From Flavobacteriales bacterium (GTDB lineage Bacteria; Bacteroidota; Bacteroidia; DT-38), in assembly GCA_013214205.1 (NCBI GenBank), contig JABSPQ010000064.1, positions 6,371 through 70,370 of the forward strand: 64,000 nt of DNA, given 5' to 3'. Positions 17,804 to 25,618 of the stretch are shown piece by piece. Positions within the stretch are counted from its first letter, which is position 1; each line of letters starts with the position of its first letter. A program made the translations under genes and the position numbers. The notes under the pieces were generated by a model. It worked only from the letters and a program-made list of their open reading frames with translations. It did no database searches and was not told the origin of the DNA.

Positions 17804-18841
17804 CTACTTGATATATACTTTTTTTGATCGAGTTCCTGCTCCGTCCAAATCTACTTTAACCAAGAATACGCCACTCGATCGATCGTTAAGCTTTATAGTG
17901 TTGTGTTTGCCTTGAATAGACTGTTCCTGTATTTTTTGTCCACTTAGGTTATAAATAGAAATATTACCTTTTGTTCTTCTACCATCTGTAATATTAACTC
18001 TAATCTCTTTTTCGTAGCTATAAATAGCCACCTCTCTTTTAGTATTCCTTTTTGTGATACCAACAGAAGGATACTCGCAAACATCGGCATCGTAATTTAC
18101 CGAATCAATATTGAAAAGTGCAGGTTCACCTGGTGTGTCGTTATATGCCCAGCCTTTTACAGTATATGAACGCGCATCAATTGCAACATCTAAATAAATC
18201 CAACCAAAATGCATCGTAGAATCCCATAAAGTATCTCCTGGTGAAGAAGTGGTATCCATATCATATGCATAAAACTTGAGTCCTACATACTTTTCTGCTA
18301 CTCCGCCCCATTGTCCGAATGACTGACTTGTAAATTCTCCATAACCAAAAACCATAGTAGGCCAATCAGCCCATTTAGCGTCTCCAATGGAACTGCTTAT
18401 ATTAGATCCCTCACTACCCGCCGCTGCAAACCACCATGTAATTGTGGTAGTGCCTATATAAGACGATTTCCAAGTTGTTGTTTTGCCAGATGGGGTAGTT
18501 GAAACAAACGTTTTAGTAACCGATGTACTCGAAATTTTTACTACAGATGATTGCCCTAGTACTTGATTATAACTAAGACCATACATATATATCCATCTAT
18601 CGTACTTTTGGTTGATGCCAATGGTAAAACTAAAATCAACATAGATATCGCATTCCGCGCCTCTGTCGTTTATGTTAATTTGAAAGAAACCAGCAGTATC
18701 AATAGAATTAACTCTAGTGGAATCTGGATCCATATCGTAACCAACCAATTCTGCATTAGCAGAAGGTGCAAATCCGATAAAAGCTGTAGTTGCTGTGGAA
18801 TATGCTGCAATTTTAGTTAAAAGCTTGTTTCTTGTATTCAT
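17804..18841 (-). CDS. T9SS-sorted secreted protein, uncharacterised paralog family (copy C, more divergent)
   Basis: 345 aa with the same architecture: SANAELVGYDMDPDS, FGQWGGVAEKYVGLKF, HFGWIYLDVAIDARSYTVKGWAYNDTPGEPA, and the sorting domain ...GVFLVKVDLDGAGTRSKKVYIK. Confidence 0.8.
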   Translation of the reverse strand: MNTRNKLLTKIAAYSTATTAFIGFAPSANAELVGYDMDPDSTRVNSIDTAGFFQININDRGAECDIYVDFSFTIGINQKYDRWIYMYGLSYNQVLGQSSVVKISSTSVTKTFVSTTPSGKTTTWKSSYIGTTTITWWFAAAGSEGSNISSSIGDAKWADWPTMVFGYGEFTSQSFGQWGGVAEKYVGLKFYAYDMDTTSSPGDTLWDSTMHFGWIYLDVAIDARSYTVKGWAYNDTPGEPALFNIDSVNYDADVCEYPSVGITKRNTKREVAIYSYEKEIRVNITDGRRTKGNISIYNLSGQKIQEQSIQGKHNTIKLNDRSSGVFLVKVDLDGAGTRSKKVYIK

Positions 18842-19319
18842 AATGAATCCTTTATTGATTGATAATCAGAGCTAAACCTCATTCTTTTTTGTTATACAAT
18901 GTTATCGATTTTTTTCCATATCTCCTTATAAAAGTGCTATTTATGGCGCATTTCAAAAACATAGGCACTAATCAATGAAACAATCAGTTGATAAATACCA
19001 CGAATACAGAATATAAAAATTGATTAGGTTATATTAGCAAAATCTTACAGAGGCATATTTTCAAGAAGATTTAACAAAAATTTAAATGCCCTGGCTTTCA
19101 CATTGCTAATTATCATGTTTATTTAAGCGTCGATGTATGTTATAAACCATGCTCAATCAACAAATCTGCCAAAGTGATTTATTGTCAGAAAGTTATGGTT
19201 GCAGGCGGAAATGAAAGTTATTAACCGTTCAGTTTCATAACTTATATAGGGAATAGGTATATGTTGTAATAAGTTATTTGTATACTTGTTTGTATATAAA
19301 CAAATAAACAATAGAAATT

Positions 19320-19466
19320 ATGGCAGAAGGCAGATGCATGAAATGCAAAAAACAAGTTGAAATCAAGAACGCAGAAGATGTTGTGATGAAAAACAAGATG
19401 AAAGCTATTAAAGGCGAATGTCCTGATTGCGGCACTAAAGTATTTAGAATAGTAGGGAAGGCTTAA
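19320..19466 (+). CDS. 48-aa zinc-ribbon protein (DUF5679-like)
   Basis: Absent from the ORF track because it is under 60 aa. ATG at 19320 and TAA at 19464-19466. Translation is MAEGRCMKCKKQVEIKNAEDVVMKNKMKAIKGECPDCGTKVFRIVGKA, with two CxxC pairs. It matches my recollection of the DUF5679 mini-protein family. Confidence 0.6.
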   Translation: MAEGRCMKCKKQVEIKNAEDVVMKNKMKAIKGECPDCGTKVFRIVGKA

Positions 19467-19496
19467 TCTCCTGCTATTTCCAATTTATCTGTAGTT

Positions 19497-19511
19497 GCTT
19501 TCCGAAAGGAA
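19497..19511. repeat. right copy of 15-nt direct repeat GCTTTCCGAAAGGAA
   Basis: Identical to 14071-14085. It lies in the 52-nt gap between the convergent zinc-ribbon gene and the HEAT-like gene. Confidence 0.6.
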
Positions 19512-19518
19512 TAGCTAA

Positions 19519-20049
19519 CTATAGATTGCGAATTGTTTCTGTTAATTCAAACAGGAGTTGAGATTTCTTAGCTTCTGTTTCAGGAATTGCATGCTCAATT
19601 TGTTCTATTAAATCTTGGATTAATTCATCCTCGAAGGGTTCTTTCATATTTTCAATTATACTCAAAATATCGATACATACTAGGTAATCACCTTGTATTG
19701 CTAATTGAACGAATAGCGAAAGGAATTTACTTCCATCATAAGCGGTTTGCCATAAGGCAGATCTCAATTTTTCGTGTATTGCGTTATATTTTTCCAATTG
19801 AAGGAAAAGAATCATCATTTCTATTGATGCTGTATCTTTAAGCTGACAGAATATATTGAATATTTCGTCCTTTATACTCTCGTTGTTAGATGTAGACAAT
19901 ACATGAATCAATGCTGGCATTAAGCTTTTATTGCCCTTGTCCATTATTTTATCTAGTGACATCAACACCACTTCATCATCTGTTGAATAGAGTTCTTCTA
20001 TTAACTTTTGATCGTTTTTGCTTAATTTAAGATCTATTTGTTCAGACAT
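19519..20049 (-). CDS. hypothetical all-alpha (HEAT-like repeat) protein
   Basis: I prefer the ATG at 20049 (MSEQIDLK...) over the TTG at 20079. It gives an 8-nt overlap with the yggS stop. The protein is Leu/Glu-rich and helical (LMPALIHVLSTSNNESIKDEI), and I recognise no family. Confidence 0.45.
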   Translation of the reverse strand: MSEQIDLKLSKNDQKLIEELYSTDDEVVLMSLDKIMDKGNKSLMPALIHVLSTSNNESIKDEIFNIFCQLKDTASIEMMILFLQLEKYNAIHEKLRSALWQTAYDGSKFLSLFVQLAIQGDYLVCIDILSIIENMKEPFEDELIQDLIEQIEHAIPETEAKKSQLLFELTETIRNL

Positions 20050-20713
20050 AATTTCTTGCTCCAAATATTGCCGAACCAACTCTAACCATTGTACTACCTT
20101 CTTTAATAGCTAGCTGGTAATCGGCCGACATACCCATTGATAATTCTTTAAAGGAATCCTTATCCGAGAAAAAGGATTCCTTAAGATTTGTAAATATTGA
20201 TTTTAATTTTTTGAATTCGGTTCTAATTATTTCGTCATCTTCTGTAAATGTTGCCATTCCCATTACACCTACAAATCGAATATTTTTAAGTTCGGTATAT
20301 TCTGAAGAGCAGAGTAGGGCATTTACATCGCTAGCAGAAAGACCAAATTTAGCTTCTTCTTTTCCTATCTTAATCTCTAGTAAACAGTCAATTACCCTAT
20401 CATGTTTAACGGCTTCCTTGTTGATCACTTTTACAAGTTTCATGCTTTCCACCGAGTGAATAAGACTTACAAAACGAGCAATGTACTTTACTTTATTTGT
20501 TTGTAAATGGCCAATCATATGCCATTTTATATCATTAGGAAGCTCTTCTGCTTTTGCAGCTAATTCTTGAACTTTGTTCTCACCAAAGATTCTTTGACCA
20601 TCCTCGTACGCCTCAATAATATCACTATTAGGTTTGGTTTTGGACACCGCAACTAAACTGACATTGGCAGGAATAGAACTAAGTGTTTTCGATAGATTAT
20701 CGGCGATACTCAT
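20042..20713 (-). CDS. yggS: YggS-family PLP homeostasis protein
   Basis: 223 aa with motifs LVAVSKTKP (PLP Lys), HMIGHLQTNKVK and MGMSADY. Confidence 0.9.
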   Translation of the reverse strand: MSIADNLSKTLSSIPANVSLVAVSKTKPNSDIIEAYEDGQRIFGENKVQELAAKAEELPNDIKWHMIGHLQTNKVKYIARFVSLIHSVESMKLVKVINKEAVKHDRVIDCLLEIKIGKEEAKFGLSASDVNALLCSSEYTELKNIRFVGVMGMATFTEDDEIIRTEFKKLKSIFTNLKESFFSDKDSFKELSMGMSADYQLAIKEGSTMVRVGSAIFGARNYV

Positions 20714-20722
20714 CCCACAAAT

Positions 20723-21961
20723 TTACATAATCTTGTAAACTGTCATACCCATACAAAGCTTAGGTTCTACCCACGTGCTTTTAGGTGGCATAATTTGATT
20801 GTTATCGGCTAAGTTAAAAAGCTGCTCAGGTGTAACTGGGTAAAGGCCAAAGGCTACTTTGGCATCTTTATTTTCTACAGCCGCTTGAAGTGCTTCCATG
20901 CCTTGTGTACCATCAATAAAATCTATGCGATTATTTACTTTAAGATCTTTTATGTCCATAACAGGGCCAAGAAGATACTCGGAGAGGAGAAAGCAATCCA
21001 AAACTCGTAAAGGATCAGAATCTGTAAGTATTTTATCTTTTGCTGTAAGCGAATACCAGTTGCCATCTAAAAACATACTGATATTGTGTAAGCCGGTAGG
21101 TTTGTGAATTTCCGGTCCTTTATTTTCAATATCAAAGTTTCCAGAAATAGCAGCTACCAATTGTTCAGGTGTATACTCTCCTAAATCAACAACAGTTCTG
21201 TTAAAGTCAAAAATCTCTAATTGATCATCGGAAAAGAAAACACCCATGTATTTGCTGGAAGGAACATTCATTCTGTCCATTGCTTTTCTTCGAGATTGGC
21301 CTAACATTACCAAGGAAGCACTTCTATGGTGCCCATCTGCAATATATAGGTTAGTCATTGTATCAAATCGAGTGATAATTACATTTACGCCAGTTTCATC
21401 AGATACCACCCATAGTTTATGTTTGGTACCATCGTGGTCGCTAAAGTTAAAATCAGCATCATCCTGTTTTCTTTCCGCAATAAATGCACCTAACTGCTCA
21501 TCTGCTTTGTAAGCGAAACATACAGGCTCTGCATTTATGTTGGTAGTATCGTAATACTCTTTTAACTTTTCTTGCTTAAACGTTAATGTTTGCTCGTGTT
21601 TTTTAGTAACACCTTCTAAATAATCATCGATAGAAGCGCAACCTAATAAACCTGTGAAGGTTCTTCCAAATTTTTCCTGCTCGTAGATATAAAATGAAGC
21701 TTCTTCATCTTGAACGTAAATACCTTGCTCAAGAAAATCTTCAAACTTCGATTTCACATACTCATTATACTCAATAGAACGAGGTTCCACCTTGTTTTGA
21801 TGAGCTTTTTCCGGTCTTACAACCTGAATGAAACTATTAGGCGAATTTTCTATTATATCCTCTATCTCTACATTTGTATAAGCATCTAACGATCTGCTTA
21901 CAACTTCGTTTGCAATCTCTTTTTTAGGACGATAGCCTTTGAAGGGAAGAATTTTTGCCAT
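20723..21961 (-). CDS. DUF1015 domain protein
   Basis: 412 aa with N-terminal ILPFKGYRP and core YIADGHHR, both typical of DUF1015. Confidence 0.8.
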   Translation of the reverse strand: MAKILPFKGYRPKKEIANEVVSRSLDAYTNVEIEDIIENSPNSFIQVVRPEKAHQNKVEPRSIEYNEYVKSKFEDFLEQGIYVQDEEASFYIYEQEKFGRTFTGLLGCASIDDYLEGVTKKHEQTLTFKQEKLKEYYDTTNINAEPVCFAYKADEQLGAFIAERKQDDADFNFSDHDGTKHKLWVVSDETGVNVIITRFDTMTNLYIADGHHRSASLVMLGQSRRKAMDRMNVPSSKYMGVFFSDDQLEIFDFNRTVVDLGEYTPEQLVAAISGNFDIENKGPEIHKPTGLHNISMFLDGNWYSLTAKDKILTDSDPLRVLDCFLLSEYLLGPVMDIKDLKVNNRIDFIDGTQGMEALQAAVENKDAKVAFGLYPVTPEQLFNLADNNQIMPPKSTWVEPKLCMGMTVYKIM

Positions 21962-21979
21962 TACGTATTTTAAGAAAAA

Positions 21980-22939
21980 TTAATTGAAAAAAGCGCTTAT
22001 TTTTTCTGCCAACTCAGTACCAATTCGAGCTTGAGCTTCGCCTGTTGCTGCACCAATATGTGGTGTTGCAGAAACTTTTGAATGCCCTACTAAATCCATT
22101 CTAGGAGTAGGTTCATTTTCGAATACGTCTAAACCTGCACCGCCAATTTTACCTGAATCGAGCGCAGCAATTAAATCTGCTTCGTTAATAACACCACCTC
22201 TTGCAGCATTAATAAGAATTGCACCGTCTTTCATTTTTTCCATTTCAGCCGTATTAATAAGTGGCTTACCATCTGCTGGCATAGGAACGTGGAAAGTAAT
22301 AACATCGCTAGTAGCAATTAAAGAATCGAAGTCGGTAGTTTTAATGGTAACAGTTACGTCATCAGCTCCAGCAATTTGAAGTGTGATATCTGCTGAGTCC
22401 ATGTATGGATCGTAAGCAACAACACTCATACCGCAACCTAAAGCATATTTAGCAACAGATTGTCCGATTCTTCCAAATCCGATAATTCCGATTTGCCTTC
22501 CTCTTAATTCAACACCTTTACCATAAGCTTTCTTAAGCGCTTTAAATTCTGTATCCCCAACTGTAGGCATTTTAGCATTTGATGAATTAATAGATCTAGC
22601 TAAAGAAAAAATATGTCCAAAAACTAACTCAGCAACAGATTGAGAAGAAGAAGCAGGAGTATTGATAACCTCAATACCTTTACCTCTTGCATATTCAACA
22701 TCAATGTTGTCCATTCCAACACCACCACGGCCTATTAGTTTTAAACCTGGGCAAGCGTTAATTAAATCTTCCCTAACGGTTGTAGCACTTCTTACCAATA
22801 AAGCAGCAATATCGTTGCTGTTGATGTTATCGATTAATTGGTCTTGAGATACATTTTCTGTTATAATATCAAATCCAGCTGCTTTTAAAGCTGATTCACC
22901 TTCTGGTGATATTCCGTCGTTTGCTAATACTTTAATCAT
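21980..22939 (-). CDS. serA: D-3-phosphoglycerate dehydrogenase (D-2-hydroxyacid dehydrogenase family)
   Basis: 319 aa with NAD loop GIIGFGRIGQ and catalytic Arg/Glu/His context (ARGGVI...TPHIGA). It lies directly downstream of serC. Confidence 0.85.
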   Translation of the reverse strand: MIKVLANDGISPEGESALKAAGFDIITENVSQDQLIDNINSNDIAALLVRSATTVREDLINACPGLKLIGRGGVGMDNIDVEYARGKGIEVINTPASSSQSVAELVFGHIFSLARSINSSNAKMPTVGDTEFKALKKAYGKGVELRGRQIGIIGFGRIGQSVAKYALGCGMSVVAYDPYMDSADITLQIAGADDVTVTIKTTDFDSLIATSDVITFHVPMPADGKPLINTAEMEKMKDGAILINAARGGVINEADLIAALDSGKIGGAGLDVFENEPTPRMDLVGHSKVSATPHIGAATGEAQARIGTELAEKISAFFN

Positions 22940-22941
22940 AA

Positions 22942-24015
22942 TTATGCGTTTTTAGATTCGAATTCTTTCATTACGTCAACCAATACTTGCACACTTTCTA
23001 TTGGAAGTGCATTGTACATTGATGCTCTATAGCCACCAACATCTCTGTGACCTTTAATTCCGCTGATGTTTGCAGCAGTCCACATTGCGTTAAACTCATC
23101 TTGTTTAGAATCGTCGTTCAACACAAACGTTGCGTTCATTTCAGATCTATCTTCAACATCAACAACAGCTTTAAACATAGAGTTTCTATCAATCTCACCG
23201 TACATTAACTCAGCTTTAGCTTTGTTCATTTCAGCAATCTTTTCAACTCCACCTATATCTTTCATCCATTGTAACATCAACATTGATACATAGATTGCGA
23301 AAACAGGAGGGGTGTTGAACATAGATTCTTTAGATGCGTGAATCTTGTAGTTCAGCATAGAAGGGATAGCTCTTCCGCTACTTTCCATAAAGCTGTCTTT
23401 AACAATTGCCAATGTAGCACCTGCAGTTCCCATGTTTTTTTGAGCACCAGCATAGATTACGTCAAATTTGCTAACGTCTATTTTCTTGCTGAATATATCA
23501 GACGACATATCACAAATAATTGGAACGCTTGTTTCTGGAAATTCCATTACTTGAGTACCATATATGGTATTGTTTGAAGTAATATGGAAATAATCAGCGT
23601 TTTCAGGAATGGTATATCCTTTAGGAATGTAAGTGTGATTTCTGTCTTCTGAAGAAGCTACAACTTCGATGTTACCAAATAATTTAGCTTCCTTAATAGC
23701 TTTTTTAGCCCATGTACCAGTGTTGGTATAAGCAGCTGTTCCGCCTTCTTTAAGGAAGTTGTAAGGTGTCATTAGGAATTGTAAACTTGCACCACCTTGT
23801 AGATACATTACCGAATATCCTTCTGGAACTTCTAATAATTCTTTAACTAGTCCTACAGCTTTTTCTGCAACGGCGATAAAATCTTTTCCTCTATGAGATA
23901 CTTCTATTAATGATAAGTTTAAATCATTGAATTGACCTACTGCGTCTGCGGCTCCTTTTAACACTTCCGGAGGAAGGATACATGGACCTGCGCTGAAATT
24001 ATGCACTTTACTCAT
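22942..24015 (-). CDS. serC: phosphoserine aminotransferase
   Basis: The ATG at 24015 gives MSKVHNFSAGPCILP, the canonical SerC N-terminus, with PLP-Lys context YAGAQKNMG. The 21-codon TTG extension in the ORF track (to 24078) is probably not translated. Confidence 0.93.
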   Translation of the reverse strand: MSKVHNFSAGPCILPPEVLKGAADAVGQFNDLNLSLIEVSHRGKDFIAVAEKAVGLVKELLEVPEGYSVMYLQGGASLQFLMTPYNFLKEGGTAAYTNTGTWAKKAIKEAKLFGNIEVVASSEDRNHTYIPKGYTIPENADYFHITSNNTIYGTQVMEFPETSVPIICDMSSDIFSKKIDVSKFDVIYAGAQKNMGTAGATLAIVKDSFMESSGRAIPSMLNYKIHASKESMFNTPPVFAIYVSMLMLQWMKDIGGVEKIAEMNKAKAELMYGEIDRNSMFKAVVDVEDRSEMNATFVLNDDSKQDEFNAMWTAANISGIKGHRDVGGYRASMYNALPIESVQVLVDVMKEFESKNA

Positions 24016-24214
24016 TTGTATATTATTTTCGATTTTTAAAGGCTGCAAATTTGCAACTTTTTGAATAGAATGATTCAATATAAAACAGAATAATTTACTG
24101 GATGATTTTAAGTGTGAAGTAATGAAGTGTAAAGTGTGAAATAAGGAGATATTAAGTTGTCCTACTACGCTTAAAAAGCTTCGAAGGATAAAGTTTACAG
24201 AGAAACGAAAGACC

Positions 24215-25102
24215 TTATTCTGTCTTTTTCTTTGGTTTTGGTTGCTTTGGTAATGGCGTATTAGGTCTTTCTTCGTTATTTATTTTGATGTTTGATACCA
24301 AGTGCCATTTTCCTTTTTTAAGTTCGAAGGCGTCGTAGCTAAGGTCTGGACCATAAAACACGCGTTCTCCGCTTAGGTTGGAAGCCAATGGAGCTAGATG
24401 ATCAAAGACGATGAGTTTTTGCTTGTCGTGAAATTTTAACGACATCACAACATCAGAGCTAAATTCGAATAGGATTCTTTTTTTATATCCTTTGGTTACT
24501 TTAAAGATATTTGCTCCAAACTTGATTCTACCCGATTTACTGAACGACATAGGCTCTATTACTTTCTTGTTGGATAGTTTATTGTTTCCATCCCAGCCCA
24601 GCAAAATGTAATAAGTTTTGCCCTTCGATTTCATAGTTGAGACATCGTAATAGTAAGCACCCCACCAGTTTTTTGGAGAAAGGATTTTTTTAGTTGTTTG
24701 AACAGTATTTGCCGAATTGTCTTTTAAAGAAGTAAGTACATAACGCTTGTTCTTTTTGTCGTAGCGTTGCACAATTGCGTGGTAAGTGTAGCTGCCATCC
24801 TCAAATGAAGTTGCCCAACTATATAGCTTAAACGATTTATCTTTAGGTGTAAGCTGCTTTAGCTTTACAATAGAAGTGAAGTCGTAATTAAATGATTTCT
24901 CTTTGCTTAAAACCTCTTTAAAAAAATCGTTAAACTTTTTACTGGTTTTAATCCTCGACTCATCCGATTCGGTCTCAGTAATTGATTCGCAAAGCAGGTT
25001 CAGCTCAGTTTCGAGCAATTTAAAATCTACTTTGTTTTTTTTCTTCTGACCATACGTGGTAGCGCTGGCCGATAGGAGTATAAAAAGAATCAATAACCTC
25101 AT
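24215..25102 (-). CDS. hypothetical secreted protein
   Basis: 295 aa, Lys-rich, with signal peptide MRLLILFILLSASATTYGQ. No motif recognised. Confidence 0.5.
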   Translation of the reverse strand: MRLLILFILLSASATTYGQKKKNKVDFKLLETELNLLCESITETESDESRIKTSKKFNDFFKEVLSKEKSFNYDFTSIVKLKQLTPKDKSFKLYSWATSFEDGSYTYHAIVQRYDKKNKRYVLTSLKDNSANTVQTTKKILSPKNWWGAYYYDVSTMKSKGKTYYILLGWDGNNKLSNKKVIEPMSFSKSGRIKFGANIFKVTKGYKKRILFEFSSDVVMSLKFHDKQKLIVFDHLAPLASNLSGERVFYGPDLSYDAFELKKGKWHLVSNIKINNEERPNTPLPKQPKPKKKTE

Positions 25103-25128
25103 ATGTACAAATTAGTTAATTATTATGC

Positions 25129-25165
25129 AAAAAAAACACCGCTGTTACAAGTAACGCAGTGTTTT
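25129..25165 (-). terminator. rho-independent terminator after the ferredoxin gene
   Basis: Imperfect ~12-bp stem (ACACCGCTGTTA / TAACGCAGTGT). A8 on the plus strand (25129-25136) gives T8 after the hairpin on the minus strand. Confidence 0.55.
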
Positions 25166-25186
25166 CTTAATTCTTTTATAAGAATA

Positions 25187-25534
25187 TCATAAATGCATGA
25201 AAGCTTTCTTCGCTAAAAGTTCGTCTTCCGTTTCAACGTGATCTTCATCATCTACACAGCAATCAACCGGGCAAACAGCCGCACATTGAGGCTCGTCATG
25301 AAATCCTTTACATTCTGTACACTTATCGAACGAAATAAAGTAAAAATCTTCGCTTACCGGTTCTTTAACTTCATCTGCGTTTATAGCGTTTCCTTTAGGA
25401 TCGGTAAGATCTCCAGTTAATGATGTACCATCAGAGAATTTCCATTCTTCTCCACCTTCATAAATTGCATTGTTTGGGCATTCTGGTTCGCATGCTCCAC
25501 AGTTAATGCATTCATCTGTAATTATTATTGCCAT
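25187..25534 (-). CDS. 4Fe-4S dicluster ferredoxin
   Basis: The ATG at 25534 gives MAIIITDECINCGACEPECP. A second cluster motif lies around CTECKGF...CAAVCPVDC. Confidence 0.85.
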   Translation of the reverse strand: MAIIITDECINCGACEPECPNNAIYEGGEEWKFSDGTSLTGDLTDPKGNAINADEVKEPVSEDFYFISFDKCTECKGFHDEPQCAAVCPVDCCVDDEDHVETEDELLAKKAFMHL

Positions 25535-25557
25535 TCTATGCTCTCTTTTAAATATTA

Positions 25558-25565
25558 TACATTTG
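25558..25565 (+). promoter_or_regulatory. candidate -7 box TACATTTG
   Basis: Matches TAnnTTTG and lies 53 nt upstream of the ATG at 25619. Confidence 0.4.
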
Positions 25566-25573
25566 CAGCGCGA

Positions 25574-25581
25574 CAAAATTA
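25574..25581 (-). promoter_or_regulatory. candidate -7 box TAATTTTG (minus strand)
   Basis: The plus strand reads CAAAATTA, 39 nt upstream of the ferredoxin ATG (25534). It sits back-to-back with the plus-strand box at 25558. Confidence 0.4.
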
Positions 25582-25618
25582 GAGAAAATTTGTCGATTTA
25601 ATAGAAGGATTTATAGAA

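Noticed and set aside
24044-24055. 12-bp palindrome TGCAAATTTGCA, 29-40 nt upstream of serC.
   Set aside because: Six-pair palindromes are expected dozens of times by chance in 64 kb of AT-rich DNA, and there is no supporting repeat or conservation evidence.
24016-24078. 21-codon N-terminal extension of serC from a TTG start, and similar extensions on the ferredoxin (25535-25576), folP (53683-53715) and the 40881 gene (41484-41522).
   Set aside because: Internal ATGs give canonical N-termini (MSKVHNFSAGP, MAIIITDEC, MNCGGKLI) or a proper signal peptide. The extensions come from the ORF caller taking the longest frame.
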